Shown: positions 57,975 through 64,000 of the stretch, in pieces | Position numbering within the stretch: position 1 is the first letter of the stretch | Layout of the letters: the number at the start of each line of letters is the position of its first letter | NCBI RefSeq assembly: GCF_004321985.1 | Contig: NZ_SCQN01000009.1 | Coordinates: forward strand, 25,033-89,032 | DNA from: Castellaniella sp. | GTDB lineage: Bacteria > Pseudomonadota > Gammaproteobacteria > Burkholderiales > Burkholderiaceae_B | DNA: 64,000 nucleotides | Direction of reading: 5' to 3' | Program-made: the position numbers and the translations under genes | Notes under the pieces: generated by a model | Seen by the model: the letters and a program-made list of their open reading frames with translations, nothing else | What the model was told of the DNA's origin: nothing | The model's database searches: none

Positions 57975-59255
57975 ATGACCATCATCCAATCCGTCGAAGT
58001 ACTGGACGTACGCTTCCCGACTTCCAAGAATCTGGACGGCTCGGACGCGATGAATCCGGACCCCGACTATTCCGCCGCTTATGCCATCCTGCATACGGAC
58101 GTCCCCGGACTGGAGGGCCACGGACTGACCTTCACCATCGGACGCGGGACGGAAATCTGCTGCACGGCGATCCACGCGCTCAAGCACCTGCTGGTCGGGC
58201 TGGACCTCAACTGGATCACCGAGGACATGGGCCGCTTCTGGCGGCACATGACCTCAGACAGCCAGTTGCGCTGGATCGGCCCGGACAAGGGCGCGATCCA
58301 TCTGGGCACGGCGGCCCTGGTCAACGCGGTCTGGGACCTCTGGGCCAAATCGGCGGGCAAGCCGGTCTGGCAACTGGTGGCTGACATGACGCCCGAACAG
58401 ATCGTGCAACTGATCGACTTCCGCTACATCACGGATTGCATCACGCCCGAAGAAGCCCTGAAGCTGCTGACGGAGCGCGCACAAGGCAAGGCCGCGCGCC
58501 TTCAGGAGCTGCAGCAGAACGGCTACCCGTGCTACACCACCTCGGCCGGCTGGCTGGGCTACAGCGACGAGAAGCTGCGCCGGCTCGCGACCGAAGCCAT
58601 CGATGCCGGGTTTTCGCACATCAAGCTGAAGGTCGGGCGCGACCTGCAGGATGACATCCGCCGCCTGCGCATCGCTCGCGAAGTCATAGGCCCGGATCGC
58701 CACCTGATGATAGACGCCAACCAGGTCTGGGAAGTCGATCAGGCCATCCCCTGGCTGGAACAGCTCGCCTTCGCGAAGCCCTGGTTCATCGAAGAGCCGA
58801 CCAGTCCGGACGACATCGCCGGCCACCGCCGTATCCGCCAGGCCATGCAGGGCCAAATGCAGGTCGCCACTGGCGAAATGTGCCAGAACCGCATCCTGTT
58901 CAAGCAACTGATCATGGAATCGGCCATCGACGTGGTGCAGATCGACGCCTGCCGGCTGGGGGGCGTCAACGAGGTGCTGGCCGTCATGCTGATGGCCGCG
59001 AAACACGGCCTGAAGGTCTGCCCGCATGCGGGCGGCGTGGGTCTGTGCGAATACGTGCAGCACCTGTCGATGATCGACTACCTGTGCTTCTCAGGCACCA
59101 AGGAAGGCCGCGTGATCGAGTACGTGGACCACCTGCACGAGCACTTCGTCCACCCCTGCACGATCCGTCACGCAGCCTACATGCCGCCGGCCCATCCCGG
59201 CTATTCCATCGAGATGAAACGCGACTCGCTCACGCAGTACACCTTCCGGGGGTGA
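57975..59255 (+). CDS. fucD: L-fuconate dehydratase (enolase superfamily)
   Basis: DVRFPTS..LDGSDAMNPDPDYSAAY, YTTSAGWLGYS, KLKVG, MIDANQVW, IEEPTSPDD, HAGGVGLCE. Confidence 0.92.
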   Translation: MTIIQSVEVLDVRFPTSKNLDGSDAMNPDPDYSAAYAILHTDVPGLEGHGLTFTIGRGTEICCTAIHALKHLLVGLDLNWITEDMGRFWRHMTSDSQLRWIGPDKGAIHLGTAALVNAVWDLWAKSAGKPVWQLVADMTPEQIVQLIDFRYITDCITPEEALKLLTERAQGKAARLQELQQNGYPCYTTSAGWLGYSDEKLRRLATEAIDAGFSHIKLKVGRDLQDDIRRLRIAREVIGPDRHLMIDANQVWEVDQAIPWLEQLAFAKPWFIEEPTSPDDIAGHRRIRQAMQGQMQVATGEMCQNRILFKQLIMESAIDVVQIDACRLGGVNEVLAVMLMAAKHGLKVCPHAGGVGLCEYVQHLSMIDYLCFSGTKEGRVIEYVDHLHEHFVHPCTIRHAAYMPPAHPGYSIEMKRDSLTQYTFRG

Positions 59256-59267
59256 GCGCATCGGCAT

Positions 59268-59305
59268 CCCGTGGCACACTGGTGACGGCGCCAGCGTGCC
59301 ACGGG
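59268..59305 (+). terminator. Strong stem-loop after fucD (possible terminator or processing site, no U-tract)
   Basis: CCCGTGGCAC...GTGCCACGGG perfect 10-bp stem. Confidence 0.5.
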
Positions 59306-59425
59306 CCGGAAACCCCATCGGAGAAAGGCCGAGGACTAAGATAACAGTTGACACTGCGGACGGCATGATGAACGCTGCGAGCAGGCGGTCTGAGATTCAA
59401 TCAACAGTGAGGTAGGGATACGTTT

Positions 59426-61213
59426 ATGTCTACATCAGAAAAATCATCGAAACTCCGCAGTCGCAGGTGGTTTGACAGCGCCGCAAATCCGGGGATGACG
59501 GCGCTGTACGTCGAACGCTATCTGAATTACGGTCTCACCCGAGAAGAACTCCAGTCCGGCAAACCCATCATCGGCATTGCCCAGACCGGCTCCGATCTGT
59601 GCCCCTGCAACCGCCACCACATCGAGCTGGCCAAGCGGACGCGCGACGGGATCCGGGACGCCGGCGGCATTCCAATGGAATTCCCGGTCTATCCGCTGCA
59701 GGAAACCGGCATACGCCCCACAGCCGCCATGGAGCGCAACCTCGCTTATCTGGGGCTGGTGGAAGTGCTGCACAGCTACCCGCTGGACGGGGTGGTGCTC
59801 ACCACCGGCTGCGACAAGACGACGCCCGCCTGTCTGATGGCCGCCGCCACCGTCAACATTCCGGCTATCGTCCTGTCGGGCGGTCCCATGCTGGACGGCT
59901 GGTGGCACGGCGAACTGGCCGGCTCAGGCACCGTGATCTGGGAGGCCCGCCGTAAGCTGTCGGTGGGCGAGATCAACTACAACGACTTCATGGACATCGC
60001 GGCGTCAGCCGCTCCTTCCGTCGGCCACTGCAACACCATGGGCACCGCACTGTCCATGAACTCGCTGGCAGAAACGCTGGGCATGTCGCTGCCAGGCTGC
60101 GCCGCCATCCCGGCCCCCTACCGCGAACGCGGCCAGATGGCCTACGCGACGGGCCGGCGCATCGTCGGCATGGCGCATGAGAACCTGCGTCCGTCCGACA
60201 TCATGACCAAGCAGGCCTTCGAAAACGCCGTCGTCGCCGCAGCTGCCCTGGGCGCCTCGTCGAACTGCCCTATCCACATGATCGCCATCGCGCGCCACAT
60301 GGGCGTGGACCACGATCTGCAGGACTGGCAGCGCCTGGGGCCACACATCCCGCTGCTGGTCGATTGCCAGCCGGCCGGGCGCTTCCTGGGTGAAAAATTC
60401 CACCGCGCGGGCGGCGTGCCAGGCGTGTTGCGCGAACTGATGCAGGCGGGCAAACTGCACACGGACGTCATGACGGTGACCGGCAAGACGCTGGCTGAAA
60501 ACCTGAAGGACATCCCTGAAGCCGACCGCGAGGTCATCCGTGCGTACGACAAGCCACTCAAGCCCAACGCGGGCTATGTGGTGCTCACGGGCAATCTGTT
60601 CGACAACGCCGTCATCAAGACCAGCGTGATCGACGAGAAATTCCGCCAGCGCTTCCTGGCCGACCCGGCACACCCCAATCGCGTGGACCTGAAGACTGTG
60701 GTCTTCGAAGGTCCGGAAGACTACCACGCGCGCATCGAGGACCCTGCACTGGGCATCGACGACAAGACCATCCTGGTCATCCGCAACGTGGGGCCCGTGG
60801 GCTACCCGGGCGGTCCCGAAGTGGTCAACATGCAGCCGCCGGCCGCACTGCTCGCCAGGGGCATCGACACGCTGCCAACCATGGGCGACGGCCGCCAGAG
60901 CGGAACATCGGCCAGCCCGTCCATCCTGAACGTGACGCCTGAATCCGCCATCGGCGGCGGGCTCGCACTGCTCAAGGACGGCGACGTCATTCGGCTGGAC
61001 TTGAATACCTGCCGTGTGGACGTCCTGATTCCCGACGAGGAACTGGCCAAGCGGCGCGCCGCCTGGCAGCCGCCGAAGCTGGTGAACCAGACGCCCTGGG
61101 AGGAAATCTACCGCAACACCGTCGGCCAGCATGGTACCGGCGCCTGCATGGAGCCCGCCACGCTGTACTTGAACATCATCGAAACCCGCGGCGAAGCCCG
61201 CGACAGCCACTGA
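59426..61213 (+). CDS. xylD: IlvD/Edd-family acid-sugar dehydratase, D-xylonate dehydratase-like
   Basis: Resembles recalled Caulobacter XylD: LRSRRWFD....MTALYVER, SGKPIIGIAQTGSD..PCN, GCDKT, GHCNTMGT, DGRQSGT. Confidence 0.82.
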   Translation: MSTSEKSSKLRSRRWFDSAANPGMTALYVERYLNYGLTREELQSGKPIIGIAQTGSDLCPCNRHHIELAKRTRDGIRDAGGIPMEFPVYPLQETGIRPTAAMERNLAYLGLVEVLHSYPLDGVVLTTGCDKTTPACLMAAATVNIPAIVLSGGPMLDGWWHGELAGSGTVIWEARRKLSVGEINYNDFMDIAASAAPSVGHCNTMGTALSMNSLAETLGMSLPGCAAIPAPYRERGQMAYATGRRIVGMAHENLRPSDIMTKQAFENAVVAAAALGASSNCPIHMIAIARHMGVDHDLQDWQRLGPHIPLLVDCQPAGRFLGEKFHRAGGVPGVLRELMQAGKLHTDVMTVTGKTLAENLKDIPEADREVIRAYDKPLKPNAGYVVLTGNLFDNAVIKTSVIDEKFRQRFLADPAHPNRVDLKTVVFEGPEDYHARIEDPALGIDDKTILVIRNVGPVGYPGGPEVVNMQPPAALLARGIDTLPTMGDGRQSGTSASPSILNVTPESAIGGGLALLKDGDVIRLDLNTCRVDVLIPDEELAKRRAAWQPPKLVNQTPWEEIYRNTVGQHGTGACMEPATLYLNIIETRGEARDSH

Positions 61214-61224
61214 ACGGCACGCAC

Positions 61225-61258
61225 CGCCATGGCCGACGGCACCTTGCCGGCCATGGCG
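61225..61258 (+). other. Intercistronic 11-bp stem-loop
   Basis: CGCCATGGCCG...CGGCCATGGCG. Confidence 0.6.
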
Positions 61259-61278
61259 ACCCGCGTCCTGAGCCGACC

Positions 61279-62691
61279 ATGGATACCCTGACCCTTAAGA
61301 TACTGCACCGCGCCATTCCACCCGACTGCGCGAGCGAATTCCGGGCGCTGTTCGGCGACCGCTTCATCACATCAGAGGCCGTCCGGACTCACCACGGGAC
61401 AGACGAATCCCCCTACCCGGTATGCCCGCCCGACGCCGTAATCTTCCCGCACAACGAGGACGAGGTCGTGCAAATCGTCCGGCTGTGCAACCGGTACAAG
61501 GTACCGGTGATCCCCTTCGGGATCGGTTCGTCGCTTGAAGGCCACGTACTCCCCATCCAGGGCGGCATCACACTGGACTTCACCGAGATGAACCGGGTGC
61601 TGGCCATCAACGCCGAAGACTTCACCGTCACGGTGCAACCCGGAGTCATCCGCACCCAGTTGAACGACGAAATCCGCGACACCGGGCTGTTCTTCCCCAT
61701 CGACCCCGGCGCCCACGCTTCCATCGGCGGCATGACCGCCACGCGTGCGTCGGGCACCAACGCCGTGCGCTACGGCACCATGCGCGAAAACGTGGTCTCG
61801 CTGAAAGTCGTGACCGCCCAGGGCGACATCGTGCGCACCGCCAGCCGGGCCCGCAAATCGTCTTCTGGTTACGATCTGACCCATCTGTACGTGGGCAGCG
61901 AAGGCACGCTGGGCATCATCGTGGAAATCACCGTCCGCGTCTACCCGCGTCCGGAAACGATCTCGGCCGCTATCTGCAACTTCCCGACGCTGTCCGACGC
62001 CGTCCAGTCTGTGGTCGAGATCATGCAATACGGCGTGCCCATCGCACGCGTCGAATTCATGGACCAGCACGCGGTCAACGCCGTGAACCGCCACAGCAAG
62101 CTCGGGCTGAAGGAAACACCGCTGCTGCTGTTCGAATTCCACGGCAGCAAGACGGGCGTCCAGGAACAGATCGAGGCCGTGCAGGAAATCACGCAGGGTA
62201 ACGGCGGGATGGACTTCCAGTGGGCGGAGCGTCCCGAGGACCGCACCCGCCTGTGGCACGCGCGGCACAATTCCCATTACGCCGGCCTGCAGCTGCGCCC
62301 GGGCAGCCGCAGCGTGGCCACCGATGTCTGCGTGCCGATTTCACGCCTGGCCGACTGCGTGACGCAGACGGCCGCCGATCTGGAAGGCATGCCGTTCCCG
62401 TACACCATCGTGGGCCACGTCGGCGACGGCAACTTTCACGTGCAGATGCTGATCGACCCCGACAAGCCCGAAGAATGGCAAAAGTCCGAAGCGATCAACC
62501 ACCGCCTGGTCCACCGCGCCATCGCCATGGACGGAACCTGCTCAGGCGAGCATGGCGTAGGCATCCACAAGATGGAGTTTCTGAAGGCGGAACACGGGGA
62601 AGCCGCACTGGAACTCATGCGCCTGATCAAGCACGCCTACGACCCGAACAACATCTTCAATCCTGGCAAGGTCATCGCGTGGGAGGCCTGA
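61279..62691 (+). CDS. FAD-linked 2-hydroxyacid oxidase (D-lactate dehydrogenase/GlcD-type)
   Basis: PFGIGSSLEG, PIDPGAHASIGGM, GSEGTLG, HVGDGNFH, SGEHGVG. Confidence 0.9.
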   Translation: MDTLTLKILHRAIPPDCASEFRALFGDRFITSEAVRTHHGTDESPYPVCPPDAVIFPHNEDEVVQIVRLCNRYKVPVIPFGIGSSLEGHVLPIQGGITLDFTEMNRVLAINAEDFTVTVQPGVIRTQLNDEIRDTGLFFPIDPGAHASIGGMTATRASGTNAVRYGTMRENVVSLKVVTAQGDIVRTASRARKSSSGYDLTHLYVGSEGTLGIIVEITVRVYPRPETISAAICNFPTLSDAVQSVVEIMQYGVPIARVEFMDQHAVNAVNRHSKLGLKETPLLLFEFHGSKTGVQEQIEAVQEITQGNGGMDFQWAERPEDRTRLWHARHNSHYAGLQLRPGSRSVATDVCVPISRLADCVTQTAADLEGMPFPYTIVGHVGDGNFHVQMLIDPDKPEEWQKSEAINHRLVHRAIAMDGTCSGEHGVGIHKMEFLKAEHGEAALELMRLIKHAYDPNNIFNPGKVIAWEA

Positions 62692-62747
62692 TCCGCCCCA
62701 ACCAGGTTTCAGGGCGCCGTGCGGGGCCCCCCGGACGATACGACCGG

Positions 62748-64000
62748 CTACGGCTTGGGGACGCTGACGTCGCGCCGGGGCGATTGCAGAAACCCGAAGT
62801 CGCAGCCCTGATCGGCCTGCAGCACGGACTCTACATACAGCTTGCGGTAGCCCCGCTGGTCCGGGTCGGGTGACGGTTCGGAACGGGACGCCGCACGCGA
62901 GGCCAGCTCCGCATCGCTGACCAACAGGCTCAGGCTGCGGTCATGCACGCTGAGCCGGATGCGGTCCCCGGTGCGCACCAGCGCGAGCGGCCCGCCACAG
63001 GCCGACTCAGGCGTCACGTGCAGCACGATGGTGCCAGCCGCGGTACCGCTCATGCGGCCATCCGAAACACGCACCATGTCGTGCACTCCCTGGCGCGCAA
63101 GCTTGCGCGGGATAGGGATGTAGCCTGCCTCCGGCATGCCGGGCGCCCCCACGGGGCCAATCTGCCGCAGCACCAGGATGTCGTCCGCCCGGACATCGAG
63201 CCCAGGGTCATCCAGGCGCTCGGCCATGTCCTGTGCATTGTCGAAGACGATTGCCCGCCCCTCGTGCTCCATGAGGTCGGCTGAAGCCGCAGACTGCTTG
63301 ATGATCGCCCCGCCCGGCGCCAGATTGCCGCGCAACACGGCAAAGCTGCCAAGCGGATACACGGGATGATCAAAGGGCCGCACGACGTCCTGGCTGAAGG
63401 CCGGCGGCGCGGCATCCAGTTCCTCGCCCAGAGTGCGGCCCGTGACGGTCAGCGCATCCAGATGCAGCAACGGGCGCAATTCGCGCAGCACCGGAGCCAG
63501 GCCCCCCGCGTGATGCAGATCGCTCATGTAATGACTGCCCGACGGCTTCAGATCCACCAGAACCGGCGTCTCCTGGCTCATCCGGTCGACCTGGTCCAGA
63601 TCGATGCGGATGCCCATGCGCCCCGCGATGGCCGTCAGGTGGATGATGCCGTTGGTCGACCCGCCGATCGCCAGCAGCACCCGCAGGGCATTCTCGAACG
63701 CATCGGGGGTCAGGATACGCTCCGGCACCAGGTGCTGCGCGATCATGGTGACTGCCTGCTTGCCGGTCTGCTCGGCCATCCGGATGCGGTCGGCCGACAC
63801 GGCAGGCGCCGTGGCGCCCCCCGGCAACATGATGCCCAATGCCTCGCCCAGGCACGCCATGGTGCTGGCCGTGCCCATGACGCAGCAGGTTCCGACGCTG
63901 GCCACCAGATTGTCATTGACGGCTGCGATCTCGTCGCTGTCGATCTCGCCGGCACGATAGCTGCCCCAGTAGCGTCGGCAGTCTGTACACGCCCCGACCC
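62748..64000 (-). CDS. IlvD/Edd-family dehydratase, 5' end outside window
   Basis: ACTDCRRYW, GTCCVMGTASTM, GGSTN, DGRMSGT, HVTPES. Confidence 0.9.
   Translation of the reverse strand, partial: VGACTDCRRYWGSYRAGEIDSDEIAAVNDNLVASVGTCCVMGTASTMACLGEALGIMLPGGATAPAVSADRIRMAEQTGKQAVTMIAQHLVPERILTPDAFENALRVLLAIGGSTNGIIHLTAIAGRMGIRIDLDQVDRMSQETPVLVDLKPSGSHYMSDLHHAGGLAPVLRELRPLLHLDALTVTGRTLGEELDAAPPAFSQDVVRPFDHPVYPLGSFAVLRGNLAPGGAIIKQSAASADLMEHEGRAIVFDNAQDMAERLDDPGLDVRADDILVLRQIGPVGAPGMPEAGYIPIPRKLARQGVHDMVRVSDGRMSGTAAGTIVLHVTPESACGGPLALVRTGDRIRLSVHDRSLSLLVSDAELASRAASRSEPSPDPDQRGYRKLYVESVLQADQGCDFGFLQSPRRDVSVPKP

Noticed and set aside
59348-59376. Perfect TTGACA upstream of xylD
   Set aside because: No acceptable -10 hexamer at 16-18 nt spacing; promoter not supportable
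59388-59420. CTGAGA...GTAGGGA resembling TPP riboswitch elements upstream of xylD
   Set aside because: Missing the ACCC and ACCUGAU cores and far too short
1-64000. CRISPR arrays, IS elements, integrases, tRNA/rRNA genes, REP-type repeat families
   Set aside because: No regularly spaced repeats, transposase motifs or RNA gene signatures seen; the intergenic hairpins share no common sequence

Overview
GC-rich proteobacterial DNA (probably betaproteobacterial/Burkholderiales; inferred from gene content only). The window is almost fully coding, with about 60 genes, and forms one large catabolic region. It has six transporters (one sugar-type CUT1 ABC, two Liv/HAAT-type ABC, two paralogous polar-amino-acid-type ABC, one TctABC) and six regulators (2 LysR, 2 FadR/GntR, LacI, IclR). 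Enzymes include seven SDRs, a set of acid-sugar enzymes (UxaA-family, FucD, XylD, a second IlvD/Edd, AraD-type and XylX-type 2-keto-3-deoxypentonate dehydratases, DgoK/DgoA) and two non-housekeeping 2-oxoacid dehydrogenase systems. One has a fused E1 with complete E2 and E3; the other has a split E2 (catalytic domain followed by a free lipoyl protein) and no E3. The most promising undescribed system is the divergent locus at 40.4-53.4 kb. There a 3-His cupin dioxygenase is coupled to LRA5-like C4-dehydrogenases and TctABC on one arm, and the split-E2 dehydrogenase plus XylX lies on the other. The window lacks the usual terminal enzymes (alpha-ketoglutaric semialdehyde dehydrogenase, LRA6-type hydrolase). 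Also found: a duplicated LacI operator/promoter cassette linking two operons 18 kb apart, two deletion scars (ICL-family pseudogene, shikimate dehydrogenase remnant), and a low-GC islet with a ThiS-like protein whose GG motif is capped by a 10-aa tail. No rRNA, tRNA, CRISPR, integrase or transposase was seen. All annotation is by eye from motifs and recalled family sequences; no database search was run.
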